DNA from: Candidatus Pacearchaeota archaeon
GTDB lineage: Archaea; Nanobdellota; Nanobdellia; Pacearchaeales; GW2011-AR1
Reading direction: 5' to 3'
Length of the DNA stretch: 64,000 nucleotides
NCBI GenBank assembly: GCA_019659125.1
Contig: JAIFVX010000001.1
Coordinates: 118,097-182,096, forward strand
Shown here one piece after another: positions 42,230 through 50,595 of this stretch. Position numbers and translations under genes: made by a program. Position 1 is the stretch's first letter. Every line of letters begins with the position of its first letter. Below the pieces are notes generated by a model. The model had not been told where the DNA came from, did no database searches, and saw only the letters and a list, made by a program, of their open reading frames with translations.

Positions 42230-42331
42230 ATCACCTCTTTAGAGATCGTGAAAGATTGAAGATTCTTCAAAATTCTCCAAACAAGACCTTATGAAGGCAG
42301 GAGAAGATATCCGAATCAGGAAAGAGGTGAT
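42230..42331 (+). ncRNA. candidate structured small RNA 2 (unknown family, ~102 nt)
   Basis: An 11-bp closing helix, ATCACCTCTTT (42230-40) with AAAGAGGTGAT (42321-31), encloses hairpins TTGAA-gattc-TTCAA and TTCTCC..(CCTT-atg-AAGG)..GGAGAA. Confidence 0.4.
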
Positions 42332-42382
42332 GGATTCCTATTCTTTAGATAATCATTTAAACTGATTTCTATCCATAATAAA

Positions 42383-42943
42383 ATGGATCTTTACCTAGCA
42401 CGACATACCCAATCCATGGGAAATGTTGCTAATATCATAGATGACAATTCAATAAATTCTTCTGATAAGAACGGATTGTCTGATTTAGGAAAAGAACAAG
42501 CCAAAGAGCTTGCCATGAAGCTAGAAAAATATAGATTTGACATAATAGTCATTAGTAAGTTCAAAAGAACCAAGGAAACAATTGATCCTTACGTTAGAAA
42601 TCATAAAGTCAAAGTGGTTGTTTCCGATGTGATCGGAGAAAGAAATGCAGGTATATTTGCAGGAAAACCAAAAACTGCGATGAAAGACTATTGTCTAGCT
42701 AACAGTATAACTGATCGTGTATCATGGAGACCAGACAAAGGAGAGTCACTTCTCGAAGTTTACCAAAGAGCAAAGAAATTCATAAGTTATCTAAAAACTA
42801 ACTTTGGTAATAAGTCCGTACTAGTTGTTGGACATACTAATTTTTTACGATGTTTGGACATAGCAATAAGAAATTCAGACATAATGGATTTTTATTCAGG
42901 TAAAGAACTTGAACACGGAGAAATTAAGCACTACAAACTTTAA
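42383..42943 (+). CDS. histidine phosphatase family protein (phosphoglycerate mutase-like)
   Basis: N-terminus LYLARHTQS (RHG-type motif) and C-terminal VVGHTNFLR. Confidence 0.75.
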   Translation: MDLYLARHTQSMGNVANIIDDNSINSSDKNGLSDLGKEQAKELAMKLEKYRFDIIVISKFKRTKETIDPYVRNHKVKVVVSDVIGERNAGIFAGKPKTAMKDYCLANSITDRVSWRPDKGESLLEVYQRAKKFISYLKTNFGNKSVLVVGHTNFLRCLDIAIRNSDIMDFYSGKELEHGEIKHYKL

Positions 42944-43167
42944 GCTTTCTTATCCAAGAACTCAGTATAGTGGCATTTTCCACAATACAATCGATTAGAG
43001 TGCATTGCCAAGAATATTCCTGCTCCGCATCGAGGACAGCTTTTAGCTCTCTTGACGCTGTCGCCTGAAATAGTATATCTCTTATATTTCTCGCTTGTAG
43101 GCTTATTGATATGCTTCTTCTTCCCCTTCTTGTCTCCCTTTCCGCTTCCGCCCGTAGATGCTGCCAT
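42940..43167 (-). CDS. rps27ae: 30S ribosomal protein S27ae (eS31)
   Basis: 75 aa with a basic N-terminus and zinc ribbon CPRCGAGIFLAMHSNRLYCGKCHY. Confidence 0.85.
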   Translation of the reverse strand: MAASTGGSGKGDKKGKKKHINKPTSEKYKRYTISGDSVKRAKSCPRCGAGIFLAMHSNRLYCGKCHYTEFLDKKA

Positions 43168-43433
43168 TATAGTTTGGCCACCTTTACCTTAACTTTCTGT
43201 TCAACTCTTTGTTTCTCTTTCAGAGAGTCGTAAACGAAAGCATTGATAAGAAAAGTCTTTCTTCCAAATCTGCTCTGGATAGACTTCAAAGCAACGTGAT
43301 CCTCTCCGGTCTTAAAATGATCAGCAATCAATTTAGTAGAATGTGCAATTCCAGGATTCTTTTCAGATTCTATTTCAAGAGCTATTTCTCTTCGCTTCAA
43401 TAGATCATTCCTAACATCATGTTTCATTTTCAT
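43167..43433 (-). CDS. rps24e: 30S ribosomal protein S24e (eS24)
   Basis: 88 aa. NDLLKRREIALEIESEKNPGIAHSTKLIADHF..., F.RKTFLINAFVYDS. Sits in the conserved Spt4-S24e-S27ae order. Confidence 0.85.
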   Translation of the reverse strand: MKMKHDVRNDLLKRREIALEIESEKNPGIAHSTKLIADHFKTGEDHVALKSIQSRFGRKTFLINAFVYDSLKEKQRVEQKVKVKVAKL

Positions 43434-43615
43434 CCGAGTTTCACAGCAAACGTCCCCTTTTCCTTTATCTTAAGATTCTTAGCGATTTCAGATTCATCAG
43501 GCTTTATGATGACAACTTTTCCCTTGAATGTGTCCGTTGACTGGTCACTTCCACAGGCAGGACACTTGACATGATCGTGAATTCTCTTGCATTGTTTGCA
43601 TGCCTTGAGTGCCAT
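43430..43615 (-). CDS. spt4: transcription elongation factor Spt4 (RpoE'')
   Basis: 61 aa with zinc ribbon CKQCKRI....CPACGS followed by GKVVIIKP..SEIAK. Confidence 0.85.
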   Translation of the reverse strand: MALKACKQCKRIHDHVKCPACGSDQSTDTFKGKVVIIKPDESEIAKNLKIKEKGTFAVKLG

Positions 43616-44205
43616 TATTTCTTGCCTCCAGCAGCAATGGCTTTTTCCTTCTTAGGCTTTGGAGCCTCTTTCTTTTTCTTTTCTTCCTTTATCCAATCAA
43701 TCTTTCCTAGACCTGGCTGTCTCATGGTAAGACCAATCTTAGGCTGCTCAGCCTTATAGCTGATAGCGACAATCCGAGCGATACATTCATCTCCCTTTGA
43801 AAGGTTTCTCTTCGAGGCTTTTCCAGCTAATGTTCCGGTCTTGCTTAAAGAGACATAATCTTCCATCGTTTGTGAAATATGAATCATCCCTTGAGCTGGA
43901 CCCATCTGCATGAATGCTCCAAAATTTGTGATTTCAGAAATTGTTCCATAGACAAGTTCATGCAATTCAGGTTTCCATACTAGTAACTTAAACTGAGAAT
44001 TATAATAGGCTGCTCCGTCGCCAGCAATGATCACTCCGTCTTGAACCTTATCAACAGAAATAACTTTTATAACATATCCTAACTCTTTAGTAACCTTGTC
44101 TACAAAAGTCTCGTTGAGCTGTCGCTCAATAGCCTCGTGAGTAGGCAAGCCAAAGTGTTTAGGCTCAACCCGTACATGATCCTCAACTTCCAACAGATAA
44201 AACAT
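43615..44205 (-). CDS. rpoE: DNA-directed RNA polymerase subunit Rpo7 (E')
   Basis: MFYLLEVEDHVRVEPKHFG N-terminus and an S1 domain (GTISEITNFGAFMQMGPAQGMIHISQ). Lys-rich tail. Confidence 0.9.
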   Translation of the reverse strand: MFYLLEVEDHVRVEPKHFGLPTHEAIERQLNETFVDKVTKELGYVIKVISVDKVQDGVIIAGDGAAYYNSQFKLLVWKPELHELVYGTISEITNFGAFMQMGPAQGMIHISQTMEDYVSLSKTGTLAGKASKRNLSKGDECIARIVAISYKAEQPKIGLTMRQPGLGKIDWIKEEKKKKEAPKPKKEKAIAAGGKK

Positions 44206-44342
44206 AGTAAGTGTTGATTCAGCAAGAAAAACTTCATTTAAAAAGTTTCCTATTGCCAGGTATCGCCGATAAGTTTATAAATGAATCCAGAGTAATTATA
44301 TAAGTAATGGAACGAATAACGAGTTCTAAGGAATGAGAGAAA

Positions 44343-44720
44343 ATGAGTAAAAGATTGTTTGTTGGTAACCTACCGTTCAGCTTGTCCAAAGAGGACCTTC
44401 TAAAGGAATTTTCACACTATGGAAAAGTAGAGGAAGCGGTTATCATCACTAATAAATTCTCGGGAAGGTCAAAAGGCTTCGGTTTTGTAACTTTAGCTAA
44501 TGACGCAGATGCTGAAAAGGCCATCCAAGAGATGAATGGTAAGGATGTAGCTGGAAGACCATTAGTAGTCAACGAAGCAAAACCTATGACTGAAGATCGC
44601 CCACCACGAGAGAACAGGGGCGGATTCAGGAACGGCGGTGGCGGAGGCTTCAGAGGAGGCCATGGTGGCGGCAGAGGTGGATTCCGAGACAACAAGAGCC
44701 GAGATTCCGAAGACTTCTAA
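44343..44720 (+). CDS. RRM-type RNA-binding protein with RGG/Gly-rich tail
   Basis: RNP-2 LFVGNL, RNP-1 KGFGFVTL, and tail RGGFRNGGGGGFRGGHGGGRGGFRD. Confidence 0.85.
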   Translation: MSKRLFVGNLPFSLSKEDLLKEFSHYGKVEEAVIITNKFSGRSKGFGFVTLANDADAEKAIQEMNGKDVAGRPLVVNEAKPMTEDRPPRENRGGFRNGGGGGFRGGHGGGRGGFRDNKSRDSEDF

Positions 44721-44760
44721 TCCTAATAACATTTAAATAACCATCAAATGGCTACTTTTT

Positions 44761-45312
44761 ATGACATATAATGTAGTAGTGCATGCAAATGGTACGCTCC
44801 AGTTCAACTACAAAAAGCTCTGGGGCACAACTGCCTATGGTCGATTCCCAATCCAATCATTAGATCTACAAGGGATTCACAGACTATTTCCGCACCAAGT
44901 AGAAATAGCAACAGTTCCAAATCAGCCTCCTGCACCTAATCTCTATTTATTCTGCCATGATCCATTCATCGTCGCAACGATTAAAAGACACGATAAGCAT
45001 TGGATTGGTATAGAATCCTTTCATCGCAAAGAATCAGAAATGCTTTTAGAACAGGTTGCTGTATCTTCAGGATTCGAAATTAACCAGCAAGGAAACAGAC
45101 AACATTTTGAGAGAGGTATTAAAAGCGCTATATCTCGATATGATAATCTCGAGTTAGTCGAGGAATTTATGAATGAGGAATTTGAAAAAGTTTTTGCAGC
45201 GATGAGTTATAGAACAGTCCTGAGTGCTACCACCAGTTTATCCGAAGAGAGACTTCGGGAGAAAGTTAAGGATAGATATGGAAATGCCCTTGATAATATT
45301 ACATTATATTAG
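44761..45312 (+). CDS. hypothetical protein
   Basis: 183-aa ORF with no recognisable motif. Confidence 0.4.
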   Translation: MTYNVVVHANGTLQFNYKKLWGTTAYGRFPIQSLDLQGIHRLFPHQVEIATVPNQPPAPNLYLFCHDPFIVATIKRHDKHWIGIESFHRKESEMLLEQVAVSSGFEINQQGNRQHFERGIKSAISRYDNLELVEEFMNEEFEKVFAAMSYRTVLSATTSLSEERLREKVKDRYGNALDNITLY

Positions 45313-48273
45313 TTACAATCCATAAACCATTTCATTGCAAAATTCACAGTTCTTGTCCTGCGAGCACGCTGGAAATCCCTGCTCATAACATGAAAGTATC
45401 GCATGAGCAGTCTTGATCATGTCTTGCTCAACTTGGTAAATATTGAATCCTAACATCCTGTCGGAATGCACTGCTTTAGCATTCCCTTTGTCATCAAGCA
45501 CAAATTCTAACGGCTTCTCTTGCTTGAGCATATCTAAGGTAATTTTCCTAACTTTTCCCAGTTTCTGTGCTGCTAAAGCATAATATCCAAGCTGCCAGCT
45601 TCTATGTAATGGAGTGATTGTAGCACTTCCCGTCTTATAATCAATGATCTCTAATCCTTCTTCACTAAAATCAATCCTATCTGCAGTTCCTGTAAACAAC
45701 ATCCCTGCCCGTTCCATATGCAATTTTTGTTCAGTCTTAGAATTCTTAGAATACTTCTCCTTATTCCTTTCAAAGAACACTTTAATGAGCAGCAAAGCCT
45801 CCTCAACATTCACTGACTGCCAATCTTCCTGCAAGTGAAGTTCAGCAACCAAATCATAGTATTGCTGAAGCGTCCTAAAACATGACTTAACTCCCCAATC
45901 AAGGACATGATGGACAAATGAACCAAGTGTCATGGATTCCCATGATAAAGGCTTTCTTTCAGGCATACGATAGACATGCTTGTATTCATACTTCTTAGGG
46001 CACTCTGCAAACAGGAGAAGAGAGGAAGGAGAGAATGATATCTTAGAAGGTTTTCCAGGAGACTCGCTTCGTGTCTTCAGCATATGGGCGAGCAGTTCCT
46101 CCCCATTCTTCTGATTTAACATATATAAGGAAACTGGCTTAAATTCTGGCTCTGGCTCTGTATATTTCTCAGCCTCATCGCATGCAAATGAAAAGTCAGC
46201 ATTCTCTTTATATGAAACCTCCTCTAAAAACGAAGAGGGGAAACATAATGTATTAGAATATTGTTTAGCATAGGTAAGAATCAGTTTCTCAGAAGCTCGA
46301 GTGAATGCAACATAGCACAATCTCCTTTCCTCAAGCAAATTATTCTTTGCCTCATACTCTTTAATAAGCTCTTCATCCGAAATGCCTTGCAACTCAGGAA
46401 GTAATGCTGTTGGAATGAGAGAGCTTGAAAAAGATTCCATAGGAAACCTCTTACTCGCCATGTTTGTAATGATGACTGTTTTATACTCTAATCCCTTGGT
46501 AGAATGGAGAGTCATAAGCTGCACTCCCTCTTTCTCTAGTTCTGAAGAGCTAATCTCAATCTCTAAGTTTTCAAGAATAGTCAGATAATGCAAAAAGCTT
46601 GCAAGGTCGGGAGCATGCAAAGAAGAATGATTTCGTGCAAGCTCCAAGAATTTGTTGAGGTTAAGCATGAATTCCCTTCCATCATGACTTTCATCAGGAA
46701 CTAAATTTGCAACTCTATAGACATGAGGGATAAGTTCTACCACATCCAGGGAAGAGTAAGGGATAAGCTGTTTAATCCTATCAACCAATACCTTCATAGA
46801 AATCCTTCCCGAAGAGGAAAGGGGCAACTTATCAAGGTTTGAAAGAAGAATTGCAGAGGCATTCTCATACTCTTTCTGCTTACTGATGAACTTTCCTACT
46901 CGCATAAGGTCATCTTCCTGCATATGCAAGCCATGTATCAAATTCCACCATGCTTCATCGCTTCCACTTTTAGCAATAACTAATGAATTCAATACAGAAA
47001 GATAATCGCGAGCAGTCCTTACACCCTGGTGATGCATAAGGGGCTTTTTAGTCACCGAAGAATAAGGGATTCCCTTGAAGTCTAACGCGCGCTTAATAAT
47101 ACGACCATGCTGGTGTGTCCTGAACATGATGCAGATATCGCGCGCATTCTTTCCCGATTGTATATCCTGTTCAACAATCTCAGCAACCTTTCGAGCTTCT
47201 TCCTTTCCATTCTTGAGCTCATGGACTTCAATCTTCTCTCCCTCTCGAGCATAGACATTTTGAACTTCAAAGCAATCGTCCTTATTGGAATAATTATGGG
47301 AAATAAGCCGATGCGCAGCACGAAGGACGGTGTTCGGAGAACGATAGGAGGCAGCTAGCGTGTAAATTTCCTCCGGCTTGACGTTGAAAAAAGCCTTGAA
47401 CTGGTTGAAGTTTTCCTTATACGCTCCTCTAAATCTATAGATCGACTGATTAAGGTCTCCAACAACCGTGATATTGCCATGGGAAGCAAGGCATTGTAAA
47501 AAATCAAGCTGCACCTTATTTGTATCCTGGAATTCATCAATAATAAAATAATCATATTCTGCAGAGAGCTCGGGAAACTTCTGCAAGAGGATGATGGCAT
47601 TCTTCGTTAAATCTGCATAATCCTGATAGTTCCTTTTTGCCTTTATCTTCTCATAAGCAGACCATGCATTCACAAACTTCTTGAGATCAATCATGTTCTT
47701 ATAATTCTTAATCTCTTCAACTAATTGCTTTTTCTTTTCCTTTCCCTCTTTCAAGTGGAGTGTATGCAACTCAAACTGCACCTGTTCAAGCCGTGATTCA
47801 ATACTATCTATACCTTGAATCTTCGCTTGCACGTATCCCTGCATCTGTTCAAGCGCAATGCCTAGATCCTTGGCAACACCAATAGAACCAATATACCTAT
47901 GACAATTCTGAGGAAGGATCTTCAGATTCGTATGCAGCATTACCTTTGCCTCATCAGGATCAAGAATCACAAAATCCTTGGAAATTCCAATCCTCTCTCC
48001 ATACTTTCTAAGAATATCTGCAGAAAACGCATGAAATGTCCGAACGATGGGCTGCATACCATTCAGCCTCCTCCGAATGCGAACTACAAGGTTATGAGCA
48101 GCCTCATTCGAGAACGTAATGCACACAATCTTATCAGCAGGATAGATTCCCTTATCAACAAGATAATGCACTTTCTCAACCATCGTATAGGTTTTCCCCG
48201 TACCTGCTCCCGCAAGAATTACGCACGGACCACTAGATTTCTCAATAGCCTGCATAGTTTGAGCATTAATCAC
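45313..48273 (-). CDS. UvrD/PcrA-type SF1 helicase fused to a C-terminal Cas4/AddB-like PD-(D/E)XK nuclease with Cys cluster
   Basis: Helicase motifs ILAGAGTGKT, IIDEFQDTN, TLHSTKGLEY and VAFTRASEKL. Nuclease part: FAECPKKYEY, GSFVHHVLD, GTADRIDF..LEIIDYKTG, QLGYYALA, and terminal CSQDKNCEFC. Confidence 0.85.
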   Translation of the reverse strand: MINAQTMQAIEKSSGPCVILAGAGTGKTYTMVEKVHYLVDKGIYPADKIVCITFSNEAAHNLVVRIRRRLNGMQPIVRTFHAFSADILRKYGERIGISKDFVILDPDEAKVMLHTNLKILPQNCHRYIGSIGVAKDLGIALEQMQGYVQAKIQGIDSIESRLEQVQFELHTLHLKEGKEKKKQLVEEIKNYKNMIDLKKFVNAWSAYEKIKAKRNYQDYADLTKNAIILLQKFPELSAEYDYFIIDEFQDTNKVQLDFLQCLASHGNITVVGDLNQSIYRFRGAYKENFNQFKAFFNVKPEEIYTLAASYRSPNTVLRAAHRLISHNYSNKDDCFEVQNVYAREGEKIEVHELKNGKEEARKVAEIVEQDIQSGKNARDICIMFRTHQHGRIIKRALDFKGIPYSSVTKKPLMHHQGVRTARDYLSVLNSLVIAKSGSDEAWWNLIHGLHMQEDDLMRVGKFISKQKEYENASAILLSNLDKLPLSSSGRISMKVLVDRIKQLIPYSSLDVVELIPHVYRVANLVPDESHDGREFMLNLNKFLELARNHSSLHAPDLASFLHYLTILENLEIEISSSELEKEGVQLMTLHSTKGLEYKTVIITNMASKRFPMESFSSSLIPTALLPELQGISDEELIKEYEAKNNLLEERRLCYVAFTRASEKLILTYAKQYSNTLCFPSSFLEEVSYKENADFSFACDEAEKYTEPEPEFKPVSLYMLNQKNGEELLAHMLKTRSESPGKPSKISFSPSSLLLFAECPKKYEYKHVYRMPERKPLSWESMTLGSFVHHVLDWGVKSCFRTLQQYYDLVAELHLQEDWQSVNVEEALLLIKVFFERNKEKYSKNSKTEQKLHMERAGMLFTGTADRIDFSEEGLEIIDYKTGSATITPLHRSWQLGYYALAAQKLGKVRKITLDMLKQEKPLEFVLDDKGNAKAVHSDRMLGFNIYQVEQDMIKTAHAILSCYEQGFPACSQDKNCEFCNEMVYGL

Positions 48274-48332
48274 CTTTCCACCTCATAGAAATTCCACTCA
48301 CCTGGAGATTAAAAGGATTGTGCTTCTACTAA

Positions 48333-49511
48333 TTAGATAATTTCACCATAACCAATCAATCGCCAGTGGTTATTGATATTACGAGCAATAGCAACGTTCT
48401 CTCCCTTAAAAGCAACAATAGGAACTTTCAATGAGAGATCCATCTCATTTCCCTTGACATGCTTGACAACTCCCCCCGTAATAGATGTGTTAATGCTTAA
48501 CATAAGTAATTCGGAAGGTTTCAATGGTTCTACTTTAGCCTTTCCCATAGGGCCATAAAATTCAGGGAATAAGGTAAACTTCATATTGGTCTCAGTGGTA
48601 GCTGCAGGTAACTTTCCTTTCAATGAGGCGATATTTCCAGCAAGCAAATCGCCTTTCCCAAGAGCCATATCCAATTCTGTTTCAACAGACATGCTTCCTC
48701 CAGGGACCAACTCTTTAACGTCATTGCTTCCATTGAATAAATGCTTAACCTTGCTGATAATCGGCTTATAGAAATACTGATTTGCCTCTTTCATGACCTT
48801 TCCAGGCTTAATCTCAATCTCATCTCCTACTCGTAAAGTCCCTTGCCTCAAAGTTCCCCCCAAGACTGCTCCATGCAACTGTGCAGGCGTAGTTCCCGGC
48901 CTGTTAATATCGAAACTTCGTGCAATAATAAAAATTGGATCGCCATTCTTATTTCTCTCAGGAAGAGGAATCTCAGCCAGTGCCTGATAGATTAAATTAA
49001 GATTTACTCCCTGTTGCGCAGATACGGGGATGATTGGAGCACCCTCATACTTTCCCTTAAGCATTTCCTTGATTTCCTTGTAGTTCTTCTGTGCCTGCTC
49101 TTTCTCAACAAGGTCAATTTTGTTCTGAACGACAATAAGCCTTTGCACATGCTTAGCCTGCAAAGCCATCAAGTGTTCTCGTGTTTGAGGCTTGATGCCT
49201 TCATTGGCAGCAACAACAAGAATAGCAACATCAACCATGGCAGCTCCTGATAACATAGTTGCCATCAACATCTCATGTCCTGGAGCATCAACAAAAGAAA
49301 CATGTCGAACAGGAGTTCCCTTCTCCATATTATATCCATCCTTATCTTTGTACAGAACAATGTCTGCATATCCTAATTTGATCGTAATCCCTCGCTTCAT
49401 CTCTTCAGAATGAGTGTCAGTCCATTTCCCGCTTAATTTGTACAAGAGAGTGGTCTTACCATGGTCAATATGACCAAAGATTCCGACATTGATTGTTTCA
49501 ATAGTATTCAT
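48333..49511 (-). CDS. eif2g: translation initiation factor aIF2 subunit gamma
   Basis: GHIDHGKTTL, DAPGHE, QNKIDL, and beta-barrel domains II/III. 392 aa, with no zinc-knuckle insert noticed. Confidence 0.9.
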   Translation of the reverse strand: MNTIETINVGIFGHIDHGKTTLLYKLSGKWTDTHSEEMKRGITIKLGYADIVLYKDKDGYNMEKGTPVRHVSFVDAPGHEMLMATMLSGAAMVDVAILVVAANEGIKPQTREHLMALQAKHVQRLIVVQNKIDLVEKEQAQKNYKEIKEMLKGKYEGAPIIPVSAQQGVNLNLIYQALAEIPLPERNKNGDPIFIIARSFDINRPGTTPAQLHGAVLGGTLRQGTLRVGDEIEIKPGKVMKEANQYFYKPIISKVKHLFNGSNDVKELVPGGSMSVETELDMALGKGDLLAGNIASLKGKLPAATTETNMKFTLFPEFYGPMGKAKVEPLKPSELLMLSINTSITGGVVKHVKGNEMDLSLKVPIVAFKGENVAIARNINNHWRLIGYGEII

Positions 49512-49535
49512 TAAAAATATCTAGATTCTGGGTAT

Positions 49536-49925
49536 TTAAGCTCTTTGAGAACCATTATCTGAATAACCATGTTGATCAAGCCAGGCAAGATACTTTTTAG
49601 CTCCTGATTGTGCATCGTCTGAATAGGGATTATACCTTCCAGTTTCATAACCAGAAATTGATGGCTGAGCAACATCACAAATTTTACTTAAGTCTGTTTG
49701 TGACAATCTCTCTTTTACCCTAATTTTCCTTGCCTTTTCGCAATCAAGTTTATTACTTGGAGGAGCAGACCTTAAGTTTTCATCGCTTCTTGTAAGTGTT
49801 TTTGCGACCAAAGATTCCAATTCTCTAATAACAAAATCTCTCCTTTCGCGAGACAGAACTTCAAATTTCGCTGTAAGCGTTCCTATATAAGAATCGTACA
49901 ATCTCTTCTGTTGATTGTCTTCCAT
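49536..49925 (-). CDS. XRE-family HTH protein
   Basis: IRVKERLSQTDLSKICDVAQPSISGYETGRYNP is a Cro/C1-type HTH. ATTTAAAT lies 22 nt upstream (49948-49955). Confidence 0.7.
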   Translation of the reverse strand: MEDNQQKRLYDSYIGTLTAKFEVLSRERRDFVIRELESLVAKTLTRSDENLRSAPPSNKLDCEKARKIRVKERLSQTDLSKICDVAQPSISGYETGRYNPYSDDAQSGAKKYLAWLDQHGYSDNGSQRA

Positions 49926-49947
49926 AAAAATCCACCTAGAATCTCGT

Positions 49948-49955
49948 ATTTAAAT
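49948..49955 (-). promoter_or_regulatory. TATA box for the XRE gene, abutting direct repeat copy 1
   Basis: atttaaat, with 22 nt to the ATG at 49925. Confidence 0.5.
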
Positions 49956-49980
49956 CTATGCTGCAGCAGGAGCAGGCTCT
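49956..49980. repeat. 25-bp direct repeat, copy 1 (orphan duplicate of the rps6e 3' end)
   Basis: CTATGCTGCAGCAGGAGCAGGCTCT is identical to 50571-50595. On the minus strand it reads ..EPAPAAA-stop. Similarity continues ~5 more nt with a 1-nt indel. Confidence 0.9.
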
Positions 49981-50068
49981 CTTTCCAAGTAAGTTAGGGG
50001 AAGAGATTAAAAAGCCGGCTGGTCCTTGAGAAGGAAAGTATTATAAAACAGTAAAACTATTGAAAACT

Positions 50069-50221
50069 ATGGAAAAAGAAACAGTAATAATATCAAAAAA
50101 GGAATACGAGGAATTAAAAAGAAAGGCTGAGATAGATTATGAACTAGTTGAAAAGATAAAAAGAAGCTTTGAAGATATAAAGCACGGAAGAATAAAAGAA
50201 TGGAGAAAAACTAGGGCTTAA
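50069..50221 (+). CDS. 50-aa coiled-coil ORF, possible antitoxin (MEKETVIISKKEYEELKRKAEIDYELVEKIKRSFEDIKHGRIKEWRKTRA)
   Basis: Found by hand, below the track cut-off. TTATAAAA lies 20 nt upstream (50041-50048). The 3' end overlaps the convergent toxin-like gene by 11 nt. Confidence 0.4.
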   Translation: MEKETVIISKKEYEELKRKAEIDYELVEKIKRSFEDIKHGRIKEWRKTRA

Positions 50222-50543
50222 ATTCTCTTAACAGCTTAAAGACATAATCCTGATATGTATCCAGATTGTTCAATATCTCATTAATAGTTGCCTGTTGCGC
50301 TTTTTTATCGCTTAGGGCAACTGCCAGAACAACAGCAAAATCTTCATAGAATAAGAAATATAGTCGTTTCCCATCAAATTTCTTTTCCCTAAAAAATGGA
50401 ACTGACAATGGTTTTCCAACATTGCCTCCCTTTTCCTCTAACTGATCAATAAACTTCCTTACACGAATCTTTTCAGAACCATCCAACTTGTCAAAATCCT
50501 CATCAAACTCTCTCGTTGTAAATACCTTGAACATGCGCGTCAA
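50211..50543 (-). CDS. RelE/HigB/Gp49-like toxin (RelE superfamily), tentative
   Basis: 110 aa. F..EFDEDFDKL......R..KFIDQLEE.GGNVGKPL.....REKKFDGKRLYFLFYEDFAVVLAVALSDKK fits the small RelE/Gp49 toxin layout. Confidence 0.5.
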   Translation of the reverse strand: MTRMFKVFTTREFDEDFDKLDGSEKIRVRKFIDQLEEKGGNVGKPLSVPFFREKKFDGKRLYFLFYEDFAVVLAVALSDKKAQQATINEILNNLDTYQDYVFKLLREFKP

Positions 50544-50570
50544 AGCGCATACAGCTATAAAAAACTATCA

Positions 50571-50595
50571 CTATGCTGCAGCAGGAGCAGGCTCT
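50571..50595. repeat. 25-bp direct repeat, copy 2 (true 3' end of rps6e)
   Basis: Identical to 49956-49980. Encodes the last 7 codons and the stop of S6e. Confidence 0.9.

Noticed and set aside
42325-42376. C/D-box sRNA reading: GTGATGG as a C box and CTGA as a D box just upstream of the histidine phosphatase gene.
   Set aside because: The C box is non-canonical. No acceptable C'/D' pair with two ~12-nt guides fits in the 40-nt interval. The GTGAT is better explained as the 3' strand of the 11-bp closing helix of candidate RNA 2.
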